A model generated the notes under the pieces. That model had not been told where the DNA came from and did no database searches. It saw only the letters and a list, made by a program, of their open reading frames with translations. The translations under genes were made by a program, and so were the position numbers. From Octopus vulgaris (Eukaryota), in contig OX597820.1 in NCBI GenBank assembly GCA_951406725.2, forward strand, positions 29,016,001 through 29,080,000: a stretch of DNA of 64,000 nt, read 5' to 3'. Positions 9,632-23,910 of this stretch are shown here, in pieces (the stretch's first letter is position 1; each line of letters begins with the position of its first letter).

Positions 9632-11580
9632 GATATACTAATGATTACTTGTCATGTATCTTAATTTTAGATTACACTTCATAATAATAATATAGAATAT
9701 ATATTATTTAGATATGTGTGTATGTGTGTGTGAGTGAATATGTATGTATGTGTATATATATACATTGTGTGTGTATATATATATGTATACGTATACATGC
9801 ATATATACACACACACGCAAAAATACTATATAGACATTGAAAGAGAGAGTGAGCGAGTGTGTGAGTGAGCGAGTGTGTGAGTGAGCGAGTGTGTGAGTGA
9901 GTGAGTGAGTGAGTGAGTGAGTTATTTGTTTCTTTTACCAGGTGTACATGTGTATATGTGATGTGTGTGAAACTATTTCAGTACGACAGTCAGACATGAA
10001 GCGCATAGACTCATTAGTGTGTGTGAATGTGTGTGTCTAACTGTGTGTGCGTGCATGCGTGTGTGTGCGGTTGTGTGAGTGTGTGTGTGTGTGTGTGCGT
10101 ACGTGTGCGTGTGTGTATCTGTGTGTCTGTGTGTGTGTGTGTGTTTGTGATAAAATCCGACACACGATAACATCTAGTTCTATTGGCACATTACAATGAA
10201 GATTCGATTCCAGAACGGAAATTACTGTTGAGTGCTGTCTGTAAATGTCTCGGTCATGCTATGTTACACACACAGTAGAGTCACTATTATCTTTTTATTT
10301 CTAGACATAAATATGTATTTTCTCCCTCGACCTCAAATGTTGCTATTAAAAGCCGCCTGGGCAGCTTCTCACGAAATTTCCCAATCTGTTTTTATTTGGT
10401 GTCTGTATATTCTTTTTTTGCTTGCTTCGTTTTTATTTCTTATCTTCAGCGACATAAGCGGTCACAAGGTGAGAACCCTGTCTAATAGTTATAATTATTT
10501 TCGTACCAACTTATCACCCTACATTTGTTCTTTGCCCCAGTTCATATTTGTCAAGACTAAAGAGTTTACTTTTTATGCTTCGTGTAAATGGAACACGTAC
10601 CACTTGTGTGGTGGTCCATCTGTTACTAACACCTTCTGAAAAGTGGGCATCATGTGGATTCTAATTCGCAGACAAGCGCTAAAGCTGCTCCATCTGCAGA
10701 TTTTTTAAAACGGTGAATAGTTATCATCTGCGTTTATTAAACATGTCTTTCTATAGCTCATCTCTATGACGGAGCAGCAATCATGACGAAGTAGTAATCA
10801 AGGAAGCCTCTCCAATGTCATCAGGCGTACACCGCTCTGTATCAGTCGGGCATTGTAGTTGGTGGAAGTTCTACGGTCGCAATATATAGGGATCTGGTAT
10901 TGAGTAAGAGAGATGATTTTCTCGAAGAGACGCTAGTCGTCGACGAGAACAAACTAGCTTGTCTTTTTCAAAGAAATTGTAGGCCGGAAACTACCAAAGA
11001 TAACTTTGAAAAATCCCTGGCCTAGCAGTGCTACAAAGATACATCGCCGGTTCGAGATAAACTCTATGGGTACGGAAGTGCCGTCAAGCGAAACTGTCGG
11101 AAATATGTTCAGAATAACAAAACAGTACTGCATGCACCGATGCAATGTCCATGAACTACTGGTTTGTAGAGTTACGTCGAACAGCTGTTATTGCGTATAG
11201 GACGAAATTATCAGCTAACTCCACCGTCAGGATCGCCATACAGTCCACTTTAACAATGTGGGAAAGGCAGTGTTCCTCCGTCTGGTGACTATGACGAAAG
11301 AGGTTGTGTGGCCGACGAAGTAGAGAGGGTTACGGATAGACACCGTCTTCGCTCGTAGATATTTTAAAGTTCCGTTTGGAAAGGAAAGTAAGGATGGAAA
11401 CAGAAGTGCTCTCTCAAAGTGAAATGAACCTACTTTGGGAAAGTACCTGTAGAGTGAAGAACAAAAGTTAGGCGAAGGCTTATGCCCTTAGTGATCAGGA
11501 TTATTCTGTATTGTATTGTTCCTTGTTGGGCCTTAGAAGGAAACTCTCCTGTATCAGGAGGTCTGCATGATAGATGTATT

Positions 11581-11916
11581 ACTCTTTTACTCTTTTACTC
11601 TTTTACTTGTTTCAGTCATTTGACTGCGGCCATGCTGGAGCACCGCCTTTAGTCGAGCAACTCGACCCCGGGACTTATTCTTTGTAAGCCCAGTACTTAT
11701 TCTATCGGTCTCTTTTTGCCGAACGGGGACATAAACACACCAGCATCGGTTGTCAAGCAATGCTAGGGGGACAAACACAGACACACAAATGCACACACAC
11801 ATATATATATACATATATACGACAGGCTTCTGGCCCAAGGTGCCACGCAGTGGGACTGAACCCGGAACCATGTGGTTGGTAGACAAGCTACTTACCACAC
11901 AGCCACTCCTGCGCCT
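11581..11916 (-). mobile_element. SINE family B, internally deleted
   Basis: Head and tail match; about 60 bp of body missing near 11830; (AAAAGAGT)n tail. Confidence 0.9.
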
Positions 11917-12067
11917 ATTAACATATTTTTTAACACATACTATAATTTTATCTCATTTATCCCTCCTCTACCTTACTTCACCTCATCTTTTATGTCAACC
12001 CCAGACAAATTGTAAACTGTCCTGACAATTACGACAAATAATAATCATTACTGTTGTTACTGTTGGG

Positions 12068-12258
12068 GTGGATAGCTGGCAGAATCGTTAGCACGTCAAG
12101 ATAAAATGCGTAGCGGCATTTCTTCTGGCTCTTTGCATTCTGAGTTCAAATCTTGCACAAACGAGGTCGATGTAATCGACTTATTTTCTTCCCCTAAAAT
12201 TTCTGAATTTGTGCCAAAATTTGAAACAGTTGTTGTTGATTCTGCTATTATGGCCTTA

Positions 12259-12311
<53 letters not shown>

Positions 12312-12635
12312 CAAAGCGGAAAGAAGACAGAATTGTTAGCACGCCGAATAAAATGATTAGCAGTATTTCGTACCTCTTTATGTTCAGGATTCAAATTCCA
12401 CCGAGGTCGACTTTGGCTTTCATCCTCTCGGGGTTGATCAAATAAGTATCAGTTGAACACTAGGATCGATGTAATTGACTTACCCCTCCCCCAAAACTAC
12501 AGCCCTTGTAGCCAAACTTGAAACTATTATTATTAAGGCGGAAAGCTGGCAGAATCGTTAGCACGTCGGGGAAAATGCTTAGCGGTGTTTGTCCGTCGCT
12601 AGATTTCAGTTCAAATTCCGCCGGGGTCGACTTTG
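12068..12635 (+). mobile_element. Cluster of three diverged or partial family A SINEs
   Basis: Repeated CAGAAT.GTTAGCACG heads and TTCAAATTCC B-boxes near 12075, 12325 and 12545. Confidence 0.75.
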
Positions 12636-12885
12636 TTGACAGTTGGGGGGACAAACACAGACACACAAACATATATATATCCACGCACATACTCACACAC
12701 ATATATATATAAATTTTTAATTAAATTAGGGTAGAAATTAAATAAGGGTAGAAATTAATATTAATCAATTAAAACCAGTGGCCTAGCATATTTTTTTAAA
12801 ATCCGAAGATTAAAAAATATGGCGATTTTGACGTCTATATCTAGCACGTAGGCTGTCCACTTTTAGTGGTCAGTCCTCTAAATGT

Positions 12886-12939
<54 letters not shown>

Positions 12940-13077
12940 TACGACGAGCTTCTTTCAGTTTCCGTCTACCAAATCCACTCACAAGGTCGGCCCGAGGCTA
13001 TAGTAGAAGACACTTGCCCAGGAAGCCACGCAGTGGTTCGTAAGCAAGCAACTTACCACACAGCCACTCCTACGCCT
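12635..13077 (-). mobile_element. SINE family B with an unrelated insertion (about 12712-12888) in its TA microsatellite
   Basis: Body at 12635-12700 and head at 12940-13077 flank the insertion. Confidence 0.75.
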
Positions 13078-13520
13078 ATTATTATTATTACTATCATAGT
13101 GCTTTTTTTATATTTTGATAAGCCTGGTACTTATTCTATCAGTTTCTTCTTGTGAAACCAGTAAGTTATGGGGATGTAAAGAAACGAACACCAGTTGTGA
13201 AGCAGTGATGAGGGAGAAACACAAGGACACACACATAGACTTACATATATACATACATATACATACAATTGATTTCTTTCAGTTTCTGTCTACAAAATCC
13301 ACTGACAAGGCTTCGGTTGGTCTGAAGCTAAGCAGAAGACACATGCCAAGTTACCACACAGTGGGACTGAACTGAGGATCATGTGTTTTGGAACCAAGTT
13401 TGTTACCACACAGCCACACCAGCACCTATGTATGTGTGTGTTGGGTCGGTATGTGTGTATGGGTGTATATATGTATGCATGTATATATGTGCATATATAT
13501 GTGTACATATTACATGTACA

Positions 13521-13554
<34 letters not shown>

Positions 13555-13582
13555 TCTAGACATTCATGTATACATATACATG

Positions 13583-13716
13583 TTGCGAAGTCGAGATAGA
13601 TAGCTGCAGCTAGCAGGCTTCTGCTACTCTAGACCGATGATGGGCAAAGACCCTGAAACATGCGTGTCTCTAGATGCAGGCCTAGCTGTTGGGGGTATCT
13701 GTCTCCCCTTCGTAAA
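13583..13716 (+). ncRNA. Type I HHR-like motif (U4C) capping a long imperfect hairpin
   Basis: TCTAGA-CCGATGA-TGGG CAAAGA CCCT-GAAACA TGCG TGTC-TCTAGA (13628-13674); stem I continues via CAGCTAG/CTAGCTG, GAGATAGATA/TATCTGTCTC and TTGCGAAG/CTTCGTAA. Confidence 0.7.
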
Positions 13717-13969
13717 TATATAAGGACACAGGAAATGTGTCGAAGCCGACAGGAAGCGTCGATGCTTCCTAGTGCTAAACAGCGGTAGTGTAATCCCCTA
13801 CTGTCACGTTAAATTGACAGTATACAACCATTCTATCGCCCCACCACCGTACATATCTCTATGAGATATTTAGAAATTTAATATTTCTGATTTATAGAAA
13901 TACATTTATACATATATATGTCTACATATACAGCTATAGATATACATGTATACATATACAGCTATAGAT

Positions 13970-14096
<127 letters not shown>

Positions 14097-14129
14097 CATC
14101 CATATACATACAATAGAGAGATGCTTTTG

Positions 14130-14349
14130 TTTCACTTTTAACACGTTTTACTGAAATAGTGGAGAAGATGCGATATTGCTGTGGGCTCGCTCTAGGCAAG
14201 AAGTTAGACATCTTTTTTGCCCATGATACATGGACCCTAAGCAAGGCATGTGTAAAATTTGAATGATATTGGTTGTGTAGTTCTCAAGTTTTAGGGATTC
14301 ACCCAGACAGACAGACAGACACACATTCTCAGTTTTATATATATAGATT
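14130..14349 (-). mobile_element. Non-autonomous Helitron-like 5' end
   Basis: Minus strand begins A|TCTATATATATAAAA followed by (GTCT)n and AACTACACAACCAAT..CAAATTTT, a layout common in non-autonomous animal Helitrons. Confidence 0.55.
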
Positions 14350-15375
14350 ATTATTATTAATTAATTAAGGCGATAACGGTGGTCGTAATAGTAGCATATT
14401 ACTAGTCCTTTCGAGGTCATTGTCGTTATTATGATGGTAGTGGTGATTATGATTGTGGTGGGTATAGGATGGGTTGTGGTATTTGTCGTCATGGTGATGG
14501 TCATGATGATGGTGACATTGATGGTGGCGGTGGTAGTGGGATGTTTAATGGCGGTGTGTTTGTCATGTTGATGGTAGTCGTAGTGGTGGTCATGGCATAT
14601 GTAATCGTGATGGTGGTGGTGGTGGTAGTGGTGGTGTGTGTCATGGTTATTATCGTGATGGTGGTCATAGTGGTCGTAGCAGTTGTGGTGGTCACCCCTA
14701 ATGGAACATGTCTCTGATTAAAAAACGTTCCAGCCCTGACCATTGATTTCCTCTCGTCTAAACATGGACATATACATTAACTACATACGAAATATTGTTC
14801 TTCCTTAATGTCAAGGCATCAGAGAGAAACATTTGGCTGCTATTTCTAGCATATCAAATAACCATATAGAAGCACCCTCGTTCACTTGGCATTACAATGT
14901 TTAATTTCGGATGAGGAGGACAAAGCAAGATCACAATACATACTAAAAATCGATTGTATCATTGTATAAATCGATTGTATGATTATCCCATACAAACTCG
15001 AATCGATTACCAAGAGACTTTGAGAAATCTAAGACAACCAAGCAAATCAGGAATAAATATTGGAAGAACAGTAAATCTGAAATGAACTTCTGTTACGCTG
15101 GAAATATGCATTACTGCATTACAAAAGAGACGAGACACCATTTACACATTCTGTTCCTCAGAGACATAAACATCTCTAATTCTCCAACACTAACCCAACC
15201 CTGTCCTCCAAGTCACGCTCAATATTCTAGCTTGAAGTTTTCTGCTTCTGTTTCTGCATCCTTAGAATTCACTTGCTCCGCCCCCCATCTAATTTTCTCA
15301 TATTTATGTTTCAACCAAATAGCTGAATCATCAAGTGCGTCGGATAGCATGTTCAAATCTCCTTTTTTCCTTTTT

Positions 15376-15678
15376 TGCCCGTTTCAAGCCTAGCCAGGCT
15401 CATGGGTCCGGTTTGCCGGTCTCTGTGGCGTATGTGTTCCCCCCAGCTGGGCGGGACACCAGTCCATCGCAGCGTTACTCAAGAAACAGGAAGAGAGAGT
15501 GAGAGAAAGTTGTGGCGAAAGAGTACAACAGGGGTCGCCACCACCCCCTGCCGGGGCCTTGTGGAGCCTTTAGGTGTTTTCGCTCAATAAATACACTCAA
15601 CGCCCGGTCTGGGAATCGGAACCGCGATCCTCCGACCGCGAGTTCACTGCCCTAACCACTGGGCCATTGCATCTCCAC
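15376..15678 (-). mobile_element. SINE family C head with alternative tail 2
   Basis: C head and body, then CTGCGATGGACTGGTGTCCCGCCCAG (V-domain-like); TSD GTTCAAATCTC at 15351 and 15682. Confidence 0.85.
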
Positions 15679-15703
15679 AACGTTCAAATCTCACTTAGGT
15701 CAA

Positions 15704-16359
15704 ATTACCTTTGGTTTTCACGCTTCTGGTGTCGATGAAAAATTAACCAATTTAGGTTGGTAGTTTCACAGAACTGTAAGAACGTCGAAGCGGATGCTTT
15801 ACAATATTTGTTCCGATATCTTACGTTGTGAGTTCAAATCCTGCAATGGACTAAATGTTTGAGATACTTAACCCACTTTCACCTAACACCTTGGATATCC
15901 TTAACGGAGTCTACTCTCTTACAAGCATTGAGGCCAAGTCTCTTATTTCAGAATCTTTTCCTATTCCCTTACTGCGTGCAGTAAGTTTATCTACAAGGAA
16001 TAGCTTTAGAAATTTATTTAACCAATTCTGTCCTAGAAATTCTTTAACAACGACGATAGCTCATTAAGACAAATATTGCCCATATATTATTATATTACCC
16101 TTGGTTTTCACGCTTCTGGTGTCGATGAAAAATTAACCAATTCAGGTTGGTAATTTCACGGAACTGTAAGAACGTCGAACCGGGTGCCTTACAATATTTC
16201 TTCCGACATTTTACGTTGTGAGTTCAAATCCTGCAATGGCCTAATTGTTTGAGATACTTAACCCACTTTCACCTAACACCTTGGATATCCTTAACGGAGT
16301 CCACTCTCTTACAAGCATTTAGGTCAAGTCTCTTATTTCAGAATCTTTTCCTATTCCCC
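15704..16359 (+). repeat. Local direct duplication of about 265 bp
   Basis: 15704-15969 and 16095-16359 align with scattered substitutions; includes decayed family A SINE sequence. Confidence 0.9.
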
Positions 16360-16757
16360 TCCACAGGCCTGGAAAGGTATGGACTGGGGATTTTAAACTC
16401 GACAGATCTGATAAATCGCATTAATAATAGAAATAGGCAATTTATAACTTCTCTGAATACATTTTCTCGAAATACGAGGTTTTTCATTTTTTTTTTAATC
16501 AAATTCAGAAATGGCGTCATTGAATTGCTTTCTACGACATTGTGCTTTACAAAATCTGGAGGCTAAATTAACAGTGAAAAAAAAAATGTTATTAATTTTA
16601 CGAATAGAAGCATTTTCAGCAATAAAATAGATTAAATTTATGCTCGTGTTGTCATCAAAAGTATACACAGAGATACACTACACATACACAGACACTGACA
16701 GACACACACACGCACACACACACATACAAACTCTCTCTCTTACACACACATACAAAA

Positions 16758-16788
<31 letters not shown>

Positions 16789-16800
16789 TACACACACACA

Positions 16801-16838
<38 letters not shown>

Positions 16839-17054
16839 TACAGACTTATATGCATATATACAGACTCGAATTTCACACGCTTATATAATTACAGTCACAC
16901 ACACGGACTCACTCAGACATTCAGAAATATATATATGTACACAGACATTAACACAAACACAGAAACATACACAAGTGCACACTCACACACGCATATATAG
17001 AAACAAATAAAATATGTATATAAGGACATACACACATACACATACCTGTGTGTG

Positions 17055-17131
<77 letters not shown>

Positions 17132-17675
17132 ATATATATGCATATATACACATATACACACATGTATGCATATATGTATATATATATACGTACATATATA
17201 TCTATATCTATCTATCTATATATATATATATTCGTATTTATATATATATACGCATATATATATATGTATATATATATGCATATATGTGTATATAATATAT
17301 ATGACACACACACACACATACACACACATTCACACACATATATCAGACCGACTGTCAGTTGCGTCAGCGTATGTATATATCTTAATTAAAATTGGTAACT
17401 GCATTTTTGACTAATTCATATATATATGTATGTATATGTGTCTGTGTGTGTGCTCGTTTGTGTGTGTGTGGAAGGTGATGGTCGTGTCTGCGCATGTGTG
17501 TGTGAGAGTTTACATGTCTGTATACATAGAGAATTAAAGGTGAAAAAACAAATGAAGAGTGTGAAAATAAACCTTCACTAAACTTTTGATAACCGCAATG
17601 TCTGTATATTTTCGATTAATATACATGTAGACATAAATGTCTACATGATCATATACATGCATACTATCATACATG

Positions 17676-17719
<44 letters not shown>

Positions 17720-17776
17720 CATGCAGACTCGCGTAGATACACTCACACATACATTTGTATATGAGTATATATACAT

Positions 17777-18089
17777 GTGGAGGCGAAATGGCCCAATGGT
17801 TAGGGCAGCGGAGTCGCGGTCGTAAGATCCTGGTTTCGATTCCCAGACCGGGCGTTGTGAGTGTTTATTGAGCGAAAACACCTAAAATCTCCACGAGACT
17901 CCAGCAGGTGGGTGGTGGTGGGGGGGGGCGATCCCTGCTGTATCCTTTCGCCACAACATTCCCTCGCTCTTTCTTCTGTTGGCCTGCCCGCTTAGCCAGC
18001 GGGGTGGCGTCATTCGAAGGCTAAAACAATGCGAAGTGCATAGTGACCAGCGATGTGTAGCAACATCTGATAGCCTGGTCGGTCACGTG

Positions 18090-18098
<9 letters not shown>
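17777..18098 (+). mobile_element. SINE family C (tail 1), full length
   Basis: A-box TGGCCCAATGG, B-box GTTTCGATTCC, tail GTCACGTGACCACGTG followed by (AT)n. Confidence 0.9.
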
Positions 18099-18152
<54 letters not shown>

Positions 18153-18499
18153 CAATAACACATCATCGCACAGGCACATACATGCGTACAAATAAACGTA
18201 TATACCAGAATGTATATATGTATGTATGTGTATACGCTGTGTGCGTGTGTTTGTGTGTGTATTTGCATGTAAGTATGTATGTAAGCTATTGATCTAAATG
18301 TATCGAGATATACTCGTTTAGGAATATCTTACAGAAGTCTGTGAACAATTTGTGGATTATTATCTCCGTGGAGACATGATGATATTCATAACACTTGCAT
18401 AATCGCGTGGCGGTAAGCATAATATATACGAATATATGCAGGGTTCTGTGTAGATGCATGTACGTATTCATACTTGTACTTCTGTGTGTATCAGTGTGT

Positions 18500-18820
18500 G
18501 AAGGCGCGTGGCTTAGTGGTTAGGGGCATTCGGTTCATGATCGTAAGGTCGTGAGTTCAATTCCCGGCGGCGCGTTGTGTCCTTGAGCAATACACTTTAT
18601 TCCACGTTGCTCCAGTCCACTCAGCTGGCAAAAATGAGTAGTACCTGTATTTCAAAGGGCCGGCTTTGTCACACTCTGTGTCACGCTGAATTTCCCCGAG
18701 AACTACGTTAAGGGTACACGTGTTTGTGGATTGCTCAGCCACTTGCACGTTAATTTCATGAGCAAGCTGTTCGGTTGATCGTATCAGCTGGGACCCTCGT
18801 CGTCGCAACCGATGGAGTGC
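18500..18820 (+). mobile_element. SINE family D (CORE-like), full length
   Basis: A-box TGGCTTAGTGG, B-box GTTCAATTCC, CORE-like GTTGTGTCCTTGAGCAA.ACACTTTA..CCACTCAGCTG; second copy at 39080. Confidence 0.88.
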
Positions 18821-19142
18821 TCTTGTGTATTAGTGTATGTTTATATGTGTCTGTGTGCGTGTGTCTGTGCGCATGTATAAACATGTAAAAAAATAAGTAG
18901 TGAGCAGATATTGTAGAATTTTTATCTTAGTTCCTCGTAACCAGAATAACTTCATTATCTGCACTCCTGATTTTCGCATATATCGTCTTACAAAGACATT
19001 GAATTAATCATTGGAGGGGGCTGGGATAAACTACCTGCATCAACTTGCTATAAAACAGGTAGTAATTTTACCTTTGTTTTATTCTTAGTGCAAGTTCTGA
19101 AGAGTGCAGTTCGATTTTAACAGATATTTTTTCAAAGCTGTA

Positions 19143-19337
19143 ATGGAGCATATTCGGCATATTTTGCTCTATGAGTTCAACAAAGGCAACAACGCAACAG
19201 AAAGTGCGAGGAATATTAATGCAGCATATAGGGATCGGACAATATGCGTAAGCCTATGTCAACAGTTGTTCCAGAAATTTCAAGCCGAAAACTACAGCCT
19301 AGAAAACGAATCCCGTCCTGGAAGATCTGTAGAACTC
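19143..19337 (+). pseudogene. Mariner transposase N-terminal HTH fragment
   Basis: MEHIRHILLYEFNKGNNATESARNINAAY..QQLFQKFQAENYSLENESRPGRS resembles the mariner/SETMAR HTH. Confidence 0.85.
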
Positions 19338-20511
19338 TGGGAAAAATAAGTTGACGAAATTGGAGCGGTATGCGTGCTAATTTGTGGACGTACATAAATT
19401 ACATTCACGTACACACACACACGCACATCCTGCATTTATATATGCAGAATTCTATATTTTTTCCATTTACACTTCATATCTGCATCTATGCTGGAGGCAT
19501 TCAATCAAGTTTGCACTTGTTTACTCATTCGCATATAAGCATATATGTACGCGCGCATTCGCACATTTCTTGCATATGGTTGCATTCTATGTAAGATGTG
19601 CACCTATTTGCCTGTAAATTATGCACCTATATGTCTTCATGTTCTTCATATTACCACTTTCATCCTTTTTTTACATGCACATATTCACACACATCTACAT
19701 ACATATATTTTCTCGCACGCATTTCTTTACATGGATGCACGCTTTATGAATAGCTAAAACCTCTTCGAATATAAGTCTTCGATAGAAAGATGCATATTAG
19801 ATAACATGGAAGATTCATATAAATTACATTAAGATGATAGATTGAGCTAGAGAGCTGATGGATTACAGCATAAATGAAATAACTGATTCAAAAATGGGAT
19901 AAAATATAAGTTTATGTATTTATATATTTTTTTAAAATACATATTTTTTTAATAATTATTAAACGAAAAAATAGCAGAAGAGGCAAAATATATCAATATG
20001 ATTTTTCAAAATGGATTGAAAATGAATAAAATTTTAAAACGTGAAGGTAAAAATAAAGCGCGATAGATTAATATGAATTTCAAATAATCCATGATGAAGT
20101 GAATTGAATTCTAATGAGAAGCAAAAAATATGGCGTTAAGAGAGCTTTGATCTGACAGTCAAAATAGTACAAAAAATGTAAGAATATGCTGCTTGGGATT
20201 TTCAAAAATTGTTTATTATTATAAATATTTAAATTCTTATATTTTATTGCCTTTTAACATTCATCGACTTTTGTCAATTTATTTTTTATCCATCGCCCAT
20301 CAAACTCATTTTTTTACCGTATGTAACATTATTCGCTCATATTTTTGTAATATGCATCTTTCTATTAGTCTTACATTCGAACTTGTTTTTATTATTTATT
20401 TTGCGTATTCACATATACGCACATATATAAATGTGTATATGTGTATGTGCATGTGCTCTATCAATCTATCTATTTATCGACATAGACATATATATACATA
20501 CATACATACAC

Positions 20512-20581
<70 letters not shown>

Positions 20582-22038
20582 TCGAAACTGTGGTGATATT
20601 TGGTCAACAACTGATGATGGATAGAGCATTCTTTCGCGTTTTTTCGTTCTTCCCGCTAAATTTTTTTCTTGCCCTTTTGTACCATCTTTTTATATGCGTG
20701 TATATGTATGTACGTATGTATGCATGTATGTATGCATGCATGCATGTGCATATACATACATCTGATTTCATATGCATGAGGGAGAGATTAGTTTGATATG
20801 GTGAAGGAATGTGTGCAGGTTTAGTTGATAACTTGTCATTCTGCGTTAGAAGAATTATGATAATCCATTGATCTCCCCCTCTTATAAACCTCTGCGGGCA
20901 CTGATGAGAGACTTAATCAACGCTAGAATGGAGAATCAATGCCTTCGGCAGGTTTGATTGTCGTAGCAATGTTGAGAAACGTGTTTCAAGAATGAGTTGG
21001 GTTCCATTTGGTTACATTGCTCAAAATACTTCCGGATAATTCCGTTTAAGATGACAAACATCAATTTCTATAGATAAGTTGGTATTACGAAATTACGTTA
21101 TAAAGACACTTGCGCAAAAGAAAACTTCGCTTTCCTAAACATTCGTTTTATCAGGCTCCTTTTCTTTGCTGACACCAACGAAAACTATTATGTTAGGATC
21201 ACAGTCTCAAAGTCGTGACTTCAATTCTTGACCGGCTGATGCGATGGTCCTTTATTAAGGCATTCAATTTCTCGTTGCTCCAGTCAAATCAATAAATGAA
21301 TACCAGCTGTGTACTGCCACAGCATACTAGCTCCCTTCAGTAGTCGCCTCCTTGACATTCCGCTGGATGGGTCAAACCTATTTCTGCTGTAAACTACATA
21401 TGAACCTAATACATTTAGTTGAAAGAGTGATACAAACAACATCAGATTATCTTGCAAGTGACGGATAAACTCAGCACTTTGTACCCCGATTCCTGAAATC
21501 TATTTGTGCCTGCCTGAAATTTATTTGTGCCCTCAGACATAAGATAAAAATCCTTTATCTCGAATCCTTCAAAATCGTTTCCTGTCTCCACATCGTTAAG
21601 AAGATGCTAGTAAGTATTGCCAAGCCTAATAGTCTTCAGTGATAGCTGATGCATTATGTCGTCGACTTTCGAAACCTGCAGACTGGCTCACCTACTCTCC
21701 ACCATTAACTTTAATCTTCACATGTGGTCTGTATTCTTGCAACACTAAACCATTACACGTTCCTTAATAAATTCACAACTAAGTGTAGAGGATTCTTTCT
21801 TAAAAGCTTGGGTATTCTGGGTTGCTGTCAATATTAGAACCTCCTTCACACTTAATTCATTTAAACTTTTCTTCAACGAAATTCTTTGATCTCCAAAGCT
21901 GGTTGGCTGGCTGGCTGGCTGGTTGGCTGGTTGGTTGGTCAGCCAGGCGGTCAGTTTGGTTAATTGCTTGGAGCACCGATGCTTGCTTCACTGGTAATTT
22001 TTATTACCCACTCTCTCTCTCCCTCCCTCCCTCTCTCG

Positions 22039-22121
<83 letters not shown>

Positions 22122-23034
22122 CGGAATGTGAAGATGATGTGGTGATACAGTTTGCGGTATCTACTCAACCACGTTCACTTTATCGTAGACGGACAGTTTG
22201 GTCTCCGAACAAAAGGCTCTGGCATTAGTACACCACATCAGGATGACAAGGATGACGATGAAGATGAAGATGATGATGATGATGTTGATGATGATGATGA
22301 TGATGATGACGACGATGAGGATAGCGATGATCATGATGATAATGATAAGGTAGAGGAGGAAGAAGGAGGAGGAGAAGCGTCTGTGTGGGTAGCTGCGTGT
22401 TTATATGTACATGGCTGCTTATATAACTGTGTGCATGTGTGTGTCTATATATATATATATACATATATATGTATGTATGTATGTATGTATCTATATGTAT
22501 GTATATATATAAATATATATATATATATATAGAGTGAGAGAGATACATATATGTATATATATACATATATATATACATACCTTTACATACACACACACAT
22601 ATAAATATACATATATATGTATGTATGTATATATGTGTATATATGTATGCATATACATCTATGTATGTAAGTATGCATATATTCATGTATATATAAATAT
22701 ATGTATGTGTCTGTATGCATATGTACATATATGTATACATGTGAGTATATATATATGTGTGTGTATGTGTGCGTGTGTGTGTGTGTGTGCATGTGTGTGT
22801 GTGAGTGTGTGTATGTGTGTGTGTGTAATCCATTAACACAGAAGTAGATAGGAGATTAGATCAGCAAATCTTAGTTTATTTTATCTAATTTTTTTCTTTT
22901 ATTTCTTTGCTTCGTTGTTTTAGTTTCCTTATCATCCTCTTCGTCCAAATATCTATGTATCGATTATGTATTCACACCAGATCGATTGCTGATGGTAAAT
23001 CTATTTACGGTTTCTCGCTGTTGCTGTTGCTGCT

Positions 23035-23065
<31 letters not shown>

Positions 23066-23664
23066 TTGCTGCTGTTGCTGCTGCTGCTGCAGCTCTTGTT
23101 GCTTTTACCGTTGCTACTGTTGTTCTAGTTGTTCTATTCGGTTGTGATAGTGGTGGTCGATGTGGTGGTCGTGGTGGAGTTGTCCCCGTCATCGTCATCG
23201 TCACCGTCACCCTAGCCTGAGTTTTATAGTGTTCGTCGTCGTCGTCGTCATCGGCGTAGTGGAAATAGTAGTGATGCTAGTAGTGGTGGTAGTGATGGTG
23301 GTGGTGGTGGTTGTGGTGATGGTGGGTGGTGATGGTGATGGTGATGCTGGTGGTGGTGGTGGTGGTGGTATTTATCGTCGTCATGTAAGTTTCATAGTTG
23401 TAATCATGCAACTCTTTTACTCTTTTACTTGTTTCAGTCATTTGACTGCGGCCATGCTGGAGCACTGCCATTAGTCGAGTAAATTGACCCCAGGACTTAT
23501 TCTTTGTAAACCTAGTACTTACTTATTCTATCGGTCTCTTTTGCCGAACCGCTTTTGCGTGACGCTCCACCGTCTGTAACAGAGTATGAGCAACTGATAA
23601 GAGGGGCGATATGAACAGTATAGAAAAAATAAGATGATGAGTATGTGAACTTTTTGATACAGAT

Positions 23665-23854
23665 CTATATTTAAGAGATGAGGAATTATGTACATTATTT
23701 ACATTATTTGTCTTCATCTTGTTTGTTAACACAACGTTTCGGGGCTGATATAATTTCCAACCTTCATCAGGTGTCTTGGGGAAATTTCGAACCTGGGTTC
23801 TCATTCCTAAGGTATTTTCTTATGTTATTGTTGTTTTTATTATTATTATTATCG

Positions 23855-23910
<56 letters not shown>

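Noticed and set aside
10640-11450. CpG-richer unique stretch as exon or LINE ORF1
   Set aside because: Stops in the frames I read and no recognisable motif; needs a translated database search.
17777-17855. tRNA genes at SINE heads
   Set aside because: A and B boxes continue directly into SINE bodies, with no clean acceptor stem and terminator.
20896-20990. CTGATGA...GAAAC as a hammerhead
   Set aside because: Stems I and II do not pair adjacent to the core.
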